DNA of 64,000 nucleotides from an uncultured bacterium. GTDB taxonomy: Bacteria; Myxococcota_A; UBA796; CAJQPC01. The stretch covers positions 10,496 to 74,495 of the forward strand of contig CAJQPC010000081.1 of NCBI GenBank assembly GCA_905480105.1, written 5' to 3'. The notes below the pieces were generated by a model. That model was not told the DNA's origin. It searched no databases and worked only from the letters and a program-made list of their open reading frames with translations. Made by a program: the position numbers and the translations under genes. Shown here one piece after another: positions 35,620 through 44,991 of this stretch (positions within the stretch are counted from its first letter, which is position 1; every line of letters begins with the position of its first letter).

Positions 35620-36575
35620 GAGTCCTGCTCACAGGCGCTGGAACGCCGTTGGGTCGCCGGGTCCTGCTTGGTCTTCGGGAATCCCACGAGGTGCTGGTAC
35701 TCGTTCGCCCTGGCGAACTGGATGCACTGCGCAAGGCCGAGCTCGGTGTGACCTTGATCGAGGCCGACCCAGTCACCCCAGACGGCTACGGACCGCGCAT
35801 CGCCGGCACCCAAGTCCTTGTTCATCTGGATCAGCTTGCCCAAGCGCCAGACGGCCAACTCATCGACCACAACCTCAAGGCCACCCAGAGTCTGCTGCAT
35901 GCCTTTTCCGCCTGGGGCGAACCCGAGCGTGTCGTGCATCTCTCGTCGGCTTTGTTGGATCACCCCTCGCCAGACGAGCCGGATGTGGCCGCAGACCGTT
36001 TCGGCTCCTCCTGGTTGGCCACTCTGTGCGCCAGCGAGGCCAGGGTGGCCCTATACGCCCGCCGCAGTGGTGTGGAGACATGCATTGTACGTGCCGGACA
36101 CACCTTCGGCGCGCTGGGGCTGCAAGGGGCCTTGACCTCTTGGCTCGAAGCCACCGCTGCCTCCGCCGAAGGTCGGGCCCGCTTGGACCTTCAAGGCGCC
36201 AACATCCCCTTGCCCTTTGTGCATGTCGACGAGCTCGCCCGTGCCATCGTCGCCCGTGTTGAGGGCCAAGAGATGCCTGGAGAGCGGCGATTTGTCGCCC
36301 AGCTCTCCAGAGTGAATGCCGTGGGGATGCTCTCCAGCATAGAGCAGCTGCACAAGAGCATGTGTGAGCTGACTTTTCGTGAGCCATTGACCGTGCGCAC
36401 CCACATTGGGGCGCGGCTGATTCGTCGTCTGCGAGGGGAGAGCGTCGATGAGACCACCGTTCCCCGATACCTGCGCGTGCAGCCGCTTCGCGTGCCGAAC
36501 GCGGACTGGGTGGCTCACTTCGGCCCCCGTCAGCGCAGCCAGATCGTGGACGCTTTGGTCGGAGGCGCATGCTAG
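35616..36575 (+). CDS. Atypical NAD(P)-binding Rossmann-fold (extended-SDR-like) protein
   Basis: The GTG start overlaps the upstream stop (GTGA). (M)RVLLTGAGTPLGRRV has an off-register glycine motif (G at positions 2, 4 and 8 rather than TGxxGxxG). No YxxxK is found by eye. The 5' part of track ORF 35232.. lies inside the DUF362 gene and was dropped. Confidence 0.55.
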   Translation: MRVLLTGAGTPLGRRVLLGLRESHEVLVLVRPGELDALRKAELGVTLIEADPVTPDGYGPRIAGTQVLVHLDQLAQAPDGQLIDHNLKATQSLLHAFSAWGEPERVVHLSSALLDHPSPDEPDVAADRFGSSWLATLCASEARVALYARRSGVETCIVRAGHTFGALGLQGALTSWLEATAASAEGRARLDLQGANIPLPFVHVDELARAIVARVEGQEMPGERRFVAQLSRVNAVGMLSSIEQLHKSMCELTFREPLTVRTHIGARLIRRLRGESVDETTVPRYLRVQPLRVPNADWVAHFGPRQRSQIVDALVGGAC

Positions 36576-37678
36576 GCCCCCTGCTCTGGCTCCTGGGCTG
36601 TGGGCTGGATCCAGTGCCCCAGGACACTGCTCCAGACACGGCTCCCCAGGTGCCCTGCCAGGTCAAGGCCTTTGCCAATCAGGCCGTGGACTGGACCCTG
36701 CCCGAGGACTCTTTTGGGAGCTTGCGCTTGCCCGCTGACCCCAACGACAGCGACGCCAACTGGGCCCTGCTGGGGCTTGGAAGCGCGCGCTTGGATCTGG
36801 TCTACGCCTTCCCGGGTGGGGACAAGGGCTGGCGTATTCTGGACAACACTGGCCAGAGCTTCGAAGGCGAGCGCGAATGGACCATGCCTGGGGTTCTCAA
36901 AGACCAGCTGCAACAGATTGAGAACCAGGGTCCGGAGGGTTTGGCTTGGCGCTTACTTGAGCTGACCGGCGATGCTCAGGAGGATCTCGTTGTGACGCGT
37001 CTTCCGGGCAGCGATGAGCTGGGCTTGAGCTACTGGTTGATCTACGCTGGACAGGACGGCGGTTTTGCCGACACGGCCACCCGTTTTGACTTGCCGCTTG
37101 CCATCCGTGGCGCCAGCTACCAGCTCTTAGATCAGCAGGGCGATGGGCGTCCCGATCTGTGGATCCAACTGGAGAAGGGCTTTCAGGTGCACCTTGCCGA
37201 AGACCAAGGCTTCTCCTCCAATTCCATGGAGCTGCGCACGCCCACCCAGCTTGGGCAGCTGGGTGATCTGAACGCCGACGGATGGCTGGATTGGTTCACT
37301 GGCGACGGCTTAGCCTGGGGCTTGGAACAAGGTTTTGGACCTCTGCAGGCCTTGGACACACTGCCGGCGACCGGCAGCCTGATGGACCTGGCTGGCCACG
37401 GCTACGTGGAGTGGGTGGATACCCAGGGCGGCCCAGATTTTTGGAGCCGCTACAGCTTGTCCCCCAGCACCTTGGGCATCAAGGTGGGTCAGCTGAGCCT
37501 CCCAGCGGGCTACCCCGATGGGAGCTTTTTAGGAAGCCAAGGCACCACAGGAAGGATTTGGTACGGGGTCCGAGACCTGGACGGCGATGGGGCACTGGAT
37601 CTCATCGTCACCCGAGTAGAGGGCAGTCCGGAGATCGGGGTGCAGCGTTGGCGCGTCCACCGCGGGCTGTGTGATTAA
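36569..37678 (+). CDS. FG-GAP/VCBS-like repeat lipoprotein
   Basis: MLGPLLWLLGC|G lipobox. Repeats of the type DQQGDGRPDLW, DLNADGWLDW and DLDGDGALDLIV. 7-nt overlap with the upstream gene. Confidence 0.6.
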   Translation: MLGPLLWLLGCGLDPVPQDTAPDTAPQVPCQVKAFANQAVDWTLPEDSFGSLRLPADPNDSDANWALLGLGSARLDLVYAFPGGDKGWRILDNTGQSFEGEREWTMPGVLKDQLQQIENQGPEGLAWRLLELTGDAQEDLVVTRLPGSDELGLSYWLIYAGQDGGFADTATRFDLPLAIRGASYQLLDQQGDGRPDLWIQLEKGFQVHLAEDQGFSSNSMELRTPTQLGQLGDLNADGWLDWFTGDGLAWGLEQGFGPLQALDTLPATGSLMDLAGHGYVEWVDTQGGPDFWSRYSLSPSTLGIKVGQLSLPAGYPDGSFLGSQGTTGRIWYGVRDLDGDGALDLIVTRVEGSPEIGVQRWRVHRGLCD

Positions 37679-37708
37679 GAGCCGCGTGATGAAGAGCCGT
37701 GTGATGGA
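37664..37708. repeat. Approx 3 tandem copies of a 15-bp unit (GAGCCGYGTGATGRA) spanning the stop codon at 37676-37678
   Basis: GGGCTGTGTGATTAA / GAGCCGCGTGATGAA / GAGCCGTGTGATGGA, read directly in a convergent intergenic region. Confidence 0.5.
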
Positions 37709-37727
37709 TTGACCGGGCTGGGTCGGC

Positions 37728-38705
37728 TCAGCTTGCGTGGCCGTTGTCCAGATACCAGCGCCAGCACTGCTCCAGGCCGTGGGCCAATGGCTTTGGCTCG
37801 TAGCCCAACTCACGGATGGCCTTGGCCGAGCTGTAGCGTCGGTTCTTCGCTGTGACCTCGGCCAGGGCTGGCGTTAGCGGGGGTTCCTGGTCGCTGAACT
37901 GGCCCTTGAGCAACGCACCCATTCCAGCAATTTTAATCAGCCATTTTGGCAGGACCCGTGTAGGCGGGGGCGCTCCGACCACCTGGGCTGCAGCCTGGAA
38001 GAGCTCGACCCAGGTGGGCGTGTGGCCGCCAAGAACGTAGCGCTCACCGGAAATACCCCGGTCCAAAGCCGCCAAGTGACCCTGCACCACGTCGTCCAAG
38101 CTGGCCACCGTGGTGGCTCCTGTGGGGACACCGAAGGGGCCACCCTGGTGGACCTGAAGCAGGATGCGTCCGCCGTTGTGGTTCGTGTCGCTGTGGCCCA
38201 TGGTGATGCCTGGGTTGACCGCCACGCCCTCTAAGCGGGTGTCGCCTAAAACCAAGCGCTCGGCGGCGAACTTGGTATCGAAGTATCCCAAGTTGTAGGG
38301 GCCCCAGTTCCACGCGGTCTCCTCGTCTCCGACCTGGCCGTCGGGGACAAAACCCAGCGCAGCGATGGAGCTGGTGAGCAGGACTCGGTCGGCGTCTGCG
38401 AAAGCAGCGGCGTCCAGAATGTTGCGCGTGCCTTGGTGGTTCACGGCCTCTTGCCGCGCCCGATTCTTGCTCAGGTAGGACACGATGCCTGCTGCATGAA
38501 CGACTTGCTTACAGCCTTTGGCCGCAGTGCGCATCGAGCCCAAGTCGGTCACGTCACCGAGTACGAGCTGAATTCCGGTGGGGTCCAGCATGCCCAAGCG
38601 GTCCCTGTCCCGCACCACGCATCGGACGGTTCGGCCCTCGTCCGCCAGTGCTCGGGCCACCGCTGAGCCCAGCTGGCCAGTTGCACCCGTTACCAGGATA
38701 GTCAT
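37728..38705 (-). CDS. NAD-dependent epimerase/dehydratase-family SDR
   Basis: MTILVTGATGQLGSAV (TGxxGxxG), the catalytic YFDTK (YxxxK), and an extended-SDR length of 325 aa. Similar in outline to dihydroflavonol-reductase / hopanoid-associated epimerase types. Confidence 0.85.
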   Translation of the reverse strand: MTILVTGATGQLGSAVARALADEGRTVRCVVRDRDRLGMLDPTGIQLVLGDVTDLGSMRTAAKGCKQVVHAAGIVSYLSKNRARQEAVNHQGTRNILDAAAFADADRVLLTSSIAALGFVPDGQVGDEETAWNWGPYNLGYFDTKFAAERLVLGDTRLEGVAVNPGITMGHSDTNHNGGRILLQVHQGGPFGVPTGATTVASLDDVVQGHLAALDRGISGERYVLGGHTPTWVELFQAAAQVVGAPPPTRVLPKWLIKIAGMGALLKGQFSDQEPPLTPALAEVTAKNRRYSSAKAIRELGYEPKPLAHGLEQCWRWYLDNGHAS

Positions 38706-39064
38706 TCAGGTCCCACCATTTTGGTTGAGGCCTGACCCTCTTTGTCGATGATGAGCCAGGTGTTGTCGGGCGACTGGTTCCCACAGCCGCTGGCATCCAG
38801 GACGACCCTTGCCTCCGTGGGGCTGGTCACCACCACGGTCAGGCAGTCGTGGAGGCGCATCGCGCAGCTGTCGTAGACCTGGCCCAGCTCGGTCAGGCAG
38901 AGGTCGACCATCTCATCGCCCAACACGTCGCGGGCGAAGGCAATGCCCACCTCGCCACGCCAGACCTCGCCACCGGGCAGAGGCACGCGCTGTAGCGTGC
39001 TGGCGTTGCCAGTCTCTACCACTGGGCCGGAGGCGGTCACGCAGGCTATCCAGACAAACAGCAC
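38702..39064 (-). CDS. Small hypothetical lipoprotein (120 aa)
   Basis: MLFVWIAC|V lipobox. The mature part has 4 further Cys. ATGA overlap with the downstream SDR gene. Confidence 0.5.
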   Translation of the reverse strand: MLFVWIACVTASGPVVETGNASTLQRVPLPGGEVWRGEVGIAFARDVLGDEMVDLCLTELGQVYDSCAMRLHDCLTVVVTSPTEARVVLDASGCGNQSPDNTWLIIDKEGQASTKMVGPE

Positions 39065-39067
39065 CCT

Positions 39068-40057
39068 TCAGTCTCCTTCGAGTACAGCGTATGTCCCCGC
39101 AGCAATGCCTGCCACGACCCAGGTGCGCTCAGGCAGGCTGATCACCACGCCCTGCCTGGGGGAGAGGAGTCGCTCGCGCTGCACCCCGTCCAGGCCTACG
39201 ATCTCAGCCAGTAGCTGTCCACGCCCAAAGTGTTCCCCAGGCTGGGCGTGGGTGATCAGGACCCCCGCTTGGCCTACTCGCAGGCCAGACTCCCTTCGCC
39301 AGGGGCCCCCTTCTACACGACTGGGATGCGTGGGTGCAGGACAGGCGGCCAGTCCCGCGGCGGTGAGCACTCCGAGCACCGAGTTTACCGCCGTTTCTAC
39401 AGCGTTTGCATCCAGGTACAACCGCGGTCCAGCCTCGATCGTTAGGCTCGGAATGGCCAGGGTGTTGAGCACCGCCCCGCTCAGAGAGCGCTCCAGCTGG
39501 TACTTGACGTAGCGGACGCGTGGGTACTCTCGGAGCACCGTCAGACCGGTCGCCACCGCCAACAATTCAGCTTTTTTGAGGAGCCGCTGGCTGCCCTTGA
39601 GATGGCGGTCCACGATGCAGTAAGGGATGCTTGCTGGGCTGTCGGTGTGCAGGTCGATGACCAGGTCCGGGTCATGGCGCAGAAACTCAGTCCAGAAGCC
39701 GTGGGCCAAGCGCTCGGTCGGTCCACCGCGTGGATCCCCCGGCCAGGCGCGGTTCAGATCCATGTGGTCCGCGGGCACCTCTCGCGTGCGCTGCGAGAGG
39801 CCTTCGGGATTTAGGGTTGGAAAGAGCACCACCGTGCCCGAGGTCAACAGCTCCGGCAGACGTTGAACCAGCTCGAGAACCGCCCCCACTCCGGTGGCCT
39901 CATCGCCATGCACGTTGGCTGTGATCAGCACTGTGGGTCCAGGTTTGGGCGCCTGCACGATGTGAACGGGAAGCTCTCTTGGTCCTCGGCCAGTGGTTGT
40001 AGGCAGGGACATGGCGTGCACGCGGTGCGTGCTCTCTCGGGGCTTGCTGGGGCTCAT
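39068..40057 (-). CDS. Succinylglutamate desuccinylase/aspartoacylase-family (M14-like) zinc hydrolase
   Basis: VLITANVHGDEATGVGAVLEL is the HxxE zinc motif of the AstE/AspA family. DLNRAWPG and DLHTDS are also present. The ATG at 40057 overlaps the rlmI-like stop (ATGA). The track start GTG 40072 is an alternative. Confidence 0.75.
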   Translation of the reverse strand: MSPSKPRESTHRVHAMSLPTTTGRGPRELPVHIVQAPKPGPTVLITANVHGDEATGVGAVLELVQRLPELLTSGTVVLFPTLNPEGLSQRTREVPADHMDLNRAWPGDPRGGPTERLAHGFWTEFLRHDPDLVIDLHTDSPASIPYCIVDRHLKGSQRLLKKAELLAVATGLTVLREYPRVRYVKYQLERSLSGAVLNTLAIPSLTIEAGPRLYLDANAVETAVNSVLGVLTAAGLAACPAPTHPSRVEGGPWRRESGLRVGQAGVLITHAQPGEHFGRGQLLAEIVGLDGVQRERLLSPRQGVVISLPERTWVVAGIAAGTYAVLEGD

Positions 40058-41313
40058 CCTACGCACCGCCACACGCCGAACTTCAGATAGCGACCCTCGG
40101 GAAACTCCACCAGGGCAGGATGGTCGGGTGCTTGTCCGCCTTCAAAGAGCAGCTGCAGGGAGCGTCCGGATTTCTTTGCGCCTTCGCGTACAGCGGTGTG
40201 AAAGTCTCGCGGACTCACCATTCCAAGGTTGAGAGCACCGATGAACCAGCCCTCGGGCGCCAGGGCCCGTAGCGAGGCGGCGACCATGCGGGGGTAGTCC
40301 TGCTTGGCGGAGAGGCGGCCCTCGCTGCCGTGTGAGAATCCAGGTGGGTCTAGAATTACTGCGTCAAATAGGTCCTTGGTCCGGCGGAAGCGGTCCAGGG
40401 CCTTTCGGATGTCCTCGGCTAAGAAGCTGTGGTCGTTGGGATCCAAGTCGTTGGCCACGAAGTTGGCTTTGGCGCGGTCCAAGTAGGCCTGGCTTAGATC
40501 CACGCTGACCACCTCGCTGGCGCCAGACATGGCCGCGGCGACGCTGAACATGCCGGTGTGGGCAAAGAGGTTCAGGACCCTTCGTCCACCCCAGTAGGGT
40601 TCTAACCACGCCCGGTTGGTGCGCATGTCGCTGTACAGGCCAATGTCTTTTCCGGCGCCTGGGCGAACCAAACAAGCCATCCCGCGCTCGGTGACCCGTA
40701 CGTCTCCGGGGGGGCGGTGTCCGGAGATCAGGCCGGAGTCTAAGGTGCTCGTGTTCACGTTGTCCCGGGGGTCAGGGCGCCAAGCCAAGTGGATGCCGCG
40801 GGGCGTTAGTCGTTCGTTGAGCTCTTCTACCAAGGCGCCAAGCAGGGGTTTGACCGAGGGGGTGTCCAGGGTAATGACCACCTGGGGCCCGTACACATCC
40901 ACGCGGATACCGGGCAATCCATCGTTCTCGCCATGTACCAGGCGGTAGGCGGTGGTGTCCGCTTCTACCGCCACTTCTCGCAAGGCTTGTGCCGCGCTGA
41001 GGCGCTCGGCGATCAGGCTGCGGTCGACTGGGCCGGCGTCGTCGCGAAAGCGTCGTACCGCAATCCATCCGCTGTCCCACAAGCCACGACCGAGATCCTC
41101 GCCGCTCTCGCTGGCCAGCTTCACCACTTGGCCGGTGCGAAGCCGCTTGGGGTGGGCCAGAATCTCCGCTGGATACACCCAGCAAAAGCCTTGCTTGAGC
41201 CACTTCTCCGAGTAGCCGTTGACCACCACGGCATCCCCGCCCTGTTTGGGTACGGGTGAGGCCTTAGGCTTTTGGGGCTTGGCTTGTTGTCTCTTGGGGT
41301 ATCGTTGGGTCAT
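40054..41313 (-). CDS. rlmI: Class I SAM-dependent rRNA (cytosine-C5) methyltransferase, RlmI-like
   Basis: PUA-like N-terminus (KWLKQGFCWVYPAEIL), then VLNLFAHTGMFSVAAA, VVSVDLS and FDAVILDPPGFS. An alternative GTG start at about 41232 would remove a 27-aa basic N-terminal extension. Confidence 0.8.
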   Translation of the reverse strand: MTQRYPKRQQAKPQKPKASPVPKQGGDAVVVNGYSEKWLKQGFCWVYPAEILAHPKRLRTGQVVKLASESGEDLGRGLWDSGWIAVRRFRDDAGPVDRSLIAERLSAAQALREVAVEADTTAYRLVHGENDGLPGIRVDVYGPQVVITLDTPSVKPLLGALVEELNERLTPRGIHLAWRPDPRDNVNTSTLDSGLISGHRPPGDVRVTERGMACLVRPGAGKDIGLYSDMRTNRAWLEPYWGGRRVLNLFAHTGMFSVAAAMSGASEVVSVDLSQAYLDRAKANFVANDLDPNDHSFLAEDIRKALDRFRRTKDLFDAVILDPPGFSHGSEGRLSAKQDYPRMVAASLRALAPEGWFIGALNLGMVSPRDFHTAVREGAKKSGRSLQLLFEGGQAPDHPALVEFPEGRYLKFGVWRCVG

Positions 41314-42565
41314 GGCACCCCTTTGGCAGACCGGCCTGCAGACCGATTTCTACTTGCTCGTGGTAGCCGCCGTGTACCACGCCGATGGGCTTTGGGGCCA
41401 CGCGACATTTGATTTGTATCCCCGCTCGGGGGTTCAGGGCAGCAACTTTGTGGTCGCCGCAGGGATGCATGAGGCCGCCGAGGCCCTCCAGTCCATGTCT
41501 TTCCCAGAGAACACGATCTCTTGGATGAAAGAGCAGCCCGCTTTTGCACGTGCCAGTGAGGGATGGTGGGAGAGCTTGCGCCACTTCCGCTTCTCAGGGG
41601 ACATCCACGCGGTCGCCGAGGGCACGGTCATTGCTCCGGGCACGCCCATGATGCGCGTGACGGCACCCTTGCAGCAGGCCACCCTGATCCAGACCCGTTT
41701 GCTCCAGCTCATCCCAGCCGCTTGCGGCGTTGCCACCCGAGCGGCTCAGTGCAGTCTGGCGTCTAAGGGCAAACGTCTCTACGAGTTTTCTTCTCGGCGC
41801 TCTCCTTCCGGGGAGTCAGCAATCATGACCTCCCGCGCGGCCATCGTAGGGGGCTTCTACGCCACATCGAACGGCGCATCCGCGGCCTCGCTGGGGGTAC
41901 CGGTGATGGGCACCCTGAGCTCGGATTTCTTCGCAGCCTATGGAGGCGTTGGACCGGCGCTGGCGTCCTTCGCGCTCCACTTCCCAGACGTTGGCTATGT
42001 CAACCTGCCCGCAGGCAAGGTCGATCAGGCCGTCGCGCAGCTGGCCCCCTACAAAAGGCAGCTGCGTGTGGTGCGCCTGGACCATCCTCAGTTGGCCCGT
42101 GCAGCACGGGCGCTGCGACCGCGTCTGGATGCGGCGGGCATGAAGCACGTGCGCATCTTGGGCAGTGGTTCCCTGGACGCCAAGCGCATCCAGGAACTGG
42201 GGGAAGCACCTGTGGACCTACTTGCGGTGGGTAAGCACTTGCTCGCGGGGGGCCCGGTGCCCTGCTCGTACCGCATCGCAGAAATGTGGCGTGGGCCCGA
42301 GGCGATGCCGTCTACTGGAAAGGGTGCCAGCAAGTGGCCCGGCTGCAAACAGGTGCTTCGCCGTGCGAACCACGATCTGATCTGCTTGGAGTCCGAGATC
42401 GGCCTGTACGAGGGCGAGCCCCTGTTGGAGCCGCTCATGGTGGCGGGCGAGATCACGCGCATTCGGCCCGAGGTAGGAGAGAGCCGCGGGCGCTGTTTGG
42501 CCGGACTGGGAGAGCGGGACCGGATTCTGCGGGTGAGCGAGGGTGTGGAGAAGCTGAAGGGGTGA
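41312..42565 (+). CDS. pncB: Nicotinate phosphoribosyltransferase
   Basis: The internal ATG gives MAPLWQTGLQTDFYLLVVAAVY, matching the family's LxTDxYxLTM N-terminus. Also FRFSGDIHAVAEGTV, QATLIQTRLL and a C-terminal TIM-like region. The track extension from 41219 lies on the opposite strand of rlmI. Confidence 0.85.
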   Translation: MAPLWQTGLQTDFYLLVVAAVYHADGLWGHATFDLYPRSGVQGSNFVVAAGMHEAAEALQSMSFPENTISWMKEQPAFARASEGWWESLRHFRFSGDIHAVAEGTVIAPGTPMMRVTAPLQQATLIQTRLLQLIPAACGVATRAAQCSLASKGKRLYEFSSRRSPSGESAIMTSRAAIVGGFYATSNGASAASLGVPVMGTLSSDFFAAYGGVGPALASFALHFPDVGYVNLPAGKVDQAVAQLAPYKRQLRVVRLDHPQLARAARALRPRLDAAGMKHVRILGSGSLDAKRIQELGEAPVDLLAVGKHLLAGGPVPCSYRIAEMWRGPEAMPSTGKGASKWPGCKQVLRRANHDLICLESEIGLYEGEPLLEPLMVAGEITRIRPEVGESRGRCLAGLGERDRILRVSEGVEKLKG

Positions 42566-42645
42566 TTCGCAAGCGCTCCTGGCTCCCAGCGGTCAGGGTC
42601 CCCATGGGATCGGACTGCTTGCCACGGGCGCTCTTCGCCGACCCA

Positions 42646-44841
42646 CTACTCCACCAACGCCTGCTGGTTGTACTTGCTCAAGTCCCGCACCCCGGAGCCA
42701 TCCCGAACCCATCCGTAGGTCTGCCAAGTGCCCACAACCCGCTTTACATAGCCGCGGGTCTCCTCGAAAGGAATGCGCTCCACGAACTCGTCCGTGGGCA
42801 GGTTTCCCTTCTCTCGCACCCACTGGAGAATACGGTTCTCGCCAGCGTTGTACCCAGCTGCAGACAGATAGGGGCTGTCGTTGAAGAGCTTGTGCAAGTA
42901 GTCCATGTACCGGGCGCCTACCGCCAGGTTGATCTCCGGATCCAGTAGCTCCGGCTTGCCCACCTTTAGGCCCAGCCACACCCCTACGTTTTTGCCGGTG
43001 GTGGGCATGACCTGACACAGCCCACGCGCACCCGCCCAGCTCACCGCAGTCTCGTCAAAGTTGCTCTCTACGCGAACCAAGCCCTGGAAGTAGCGGGGGT
43101 CAAAGCGGTAGCCATCTGCGGCCACCTTGACCTGGGGCAGCCAGTGGTCCGGAAAAGCCAGAGCCATTTCCCGTGCGGTCTCTGGAGTTGCCTGGGAGGG
43201 AACATGAGTGCGCATCCAAACCCGAAGCTCCCGGTGTGCGTTGATCCAGTCGCCGTTGGCGCTCCGGGACGCGCTCCACCAAAGCGGGCCCTGTCCGTCC
43301 AGTGGCACCTCGGCGATCTCCTCCCCGGCCAAGCCGTGCAGTCCCAGGGCCAGCAAAGCCTCTGCGCGTGCCAAACCGGGGGCTTGGCTCTGGGTGCGCT
43401 CCAAGGTCCATGTCTCGGTCAGTGCAGGCGCGGGTGGTGCGGGAATAGCCGCAAATGCAGCAGGGTCTTCCTCGGCTACCCGACTGCTCGCCAAGGTCGC
43501 GTAGTAGCTCCAGGGCAGGTCTTGAACCAGCTGGGACCACTCTACGACCGCTGTGCCCTGTGGGTCCGGGTGCGTTTCATCTTTCGTGCGCGCTTGGGTG
43601 GGTTGGGTCACATCGGGGTACAAGGCCCAGCGTGCGGCCCAGTAGCGCCCAGCGGGTACGTGGAAGTGGTCCTGAGCGGGGTCTAGACCAGCCAGTTGAA
43701 GAGCGACCTCGCGGGCCTTGTCGCCGTTTCCCTGCTCATAGTGGGACCAAGCCAAGCGCCACAAGGCCTCGGGAATCATGTCGCCATTGGGGTGGTTTTG
43801 GGCGGCCTTGGCCCACAGGCGCTGTGCCCCGACCGTGTCCCCTGCCAAGTCCAGGGACTCGCCGGCCATGACCAGTCCATCATCGGCGTAGCTGTGCTCT
43901 GGGTAGTTCTTGGCCAGGGTCTCCAGCACACGGGCAGCGCTGCGGTTGTTGCCGCGCTTTTGTTCTGTGCGGCCATGCAGATAGGCCAGCTTGTGACCGA
44001 CCTGCGTCCCCACACAGTCCGTTGCACCCGTACCAAATGCGGCCACCGCGTCCGTGCGCTTGTTGCCCTTGTACAGACTGCGGCCCTTTATGTAGCGAAA
44101 CAGGCACGCCTCCTCGCCTATGTTTGTGTCGGGTGCGTGGCCATCCAGAGTGTTGAGGGCTGTCTTGTACATGCCCTTGTTCATGTAGGCCTGGGCCCGG
44201 TGTGTGGCTTGCTGCCAGGTGGGGTTGCCCATTGGGGGCAGTGCCTTGTCCTGGGCGCTGCCTGGGTAGTGGCTCCAGATTCGCCACTGGTTCTCGCTCC
44301 CGCCAAGCTCAGCCAGAGCGTGTGCGCTGCCGTCGGCGGGGTCAGGCGCTGCAATCAGGCGCTCGTATTCGACCTTGGCTTGTTCCACGCGGCCCAGCTG
44401 CTCCAAGCAGGTGGCACGCCAGGCCAGAATCTCCCGGTGAAGGGGTTCGTTGTCCTCGTTCGGGACCAACACCTTGAGCGCGTCTTCCGGGCGGCCATCC
44501 GCCTCCAAGAGCCGGCCCTTCAGGTAGCCCACATAGGGATTCGGTCCTTGTACCTGTTCGACCAGGTCAACCACCGCGCTGGCCTGGCCCAGCTCTAACC
44601 GCGCCCAAGCATGCACAAAGGCCTGCGCGCCAGACTCCGGGTTCTCAGTCAGGAACGCGATGCGCGCCCAGTCTTGCTTGGCCAAGGCGGTGTCGAGCTC
44701 TGCGCTGCGCTCAAAGGCGGGTGCGATGGGAGCACGCTGCACAAAGGGGTCGGGCTCCGGCTCGACGAGCTGGGGCTTAGGTTGAGGGGCGGGCTCCGGG
44801 GTCGTTCCGGAGCAAGCGAGGAGCAGGAAGAGGGAGAGCAT
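42646..44841 (-). CDS. slt: Soluble lytic murein transglycosylase (Slt70-like) lipoprotein
   Basis: The internal ATG gives MLSLFLLLAC|S. It has a long superhelical/TPR-like region. The C-terminal SLT domain reads LVRVESNFDETAVSWAGARGLCQVMPTTG...AGYNAGENR. The 205-codon 5' extension of the track ORF overlaps the divergent gene and has no support. Confidence 0.85.
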   Translation of the reverse strand: MLSLFLLLACSGTTPEPAPQPKPQLVEPEPDPFVQRAPIAPAFERSAELDTALAKQDWARIAFLTENPESGAQAFVHAWARLELGQASAVVDLVEQVQGPNPYVGYLKGRLLEADGRPEDALKVLVPNEDNEPLHREILAWRATCLEQLGRVEQAKVEYERLIAAPDPADGSAHALAELGGSENQWRIWSHYPGSAQDKALPPMGNPTWQQATHRAQAYMNKGMYKTALNTLDGHAPDTNIGEEACLFRYIKGRSLYKGNKRTDAVAAFGTGATDCVGTQVGHKLAYLHGRTEQKRGNNRSAARVLETLAKNYPEHSYADDGLVMAGESLDLAGDTVGAQRLWAKAAQNHPNGDMIPEALWRLAWSHYEQGNGDKAREVALQLAGLDPAQDHFHVPAGRYWAARWALYPDVTQPTQARTKDETHPDPQGTAVVEWSQLVQDLPWSYYATLASSRVAEEDPAAFAAIPAPPAPALTETWTLERTQSQAPGLARAEALLALGLHGLAGEEIAEVPLDGQGPLWWSASRSANGDWINAHRELRVWMRTHVPSQATPETAREMALAFPDHWLPQVKVAADGYRFDPRYFQGLVRVESNFDETAVSWAGARGLCQVMPTTGKNVGVWLGLKVGKPELLDPEINLAVGARYMDYLHKLFNDSPYLSAAGYNAGENRILQWVREKGNLPTDEFVERIPFEETRGYVKRVVGTWQTYGWVRDGSGVRDLSKYNQQALVE

Positions 44842-44991
44842 CGGGAGACCTTTGAGACTTGACGAGTCAAGGGATAAGGCGAGAGTACTGCATTGGCGCT
44901 GTGATTGCTCTTGAACAACGTGTGGCCCGGTCCCTTTGTTGCGATAGGGTCGGATTCGGCCCGTCCCCACCCCTCCTGCATCTGAGCCCTC

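Noticed and set aside
35166-36678. Minus-strand ORFs 35166-35963 (265 aa) and 35875-36678 (267 aa)
   Set aside because: They are antisense to the DUF362-like, SDR-like and FG-GAP genes. Arg/Pro/Ala-rich shadow frames.
43696-44598. 300-aa plus-strand ORF inside slt
   Set aside because: The opposite strand encodes a lytic transglycosylase with a lipobox and an SLT catalytic motif. This frame has none.
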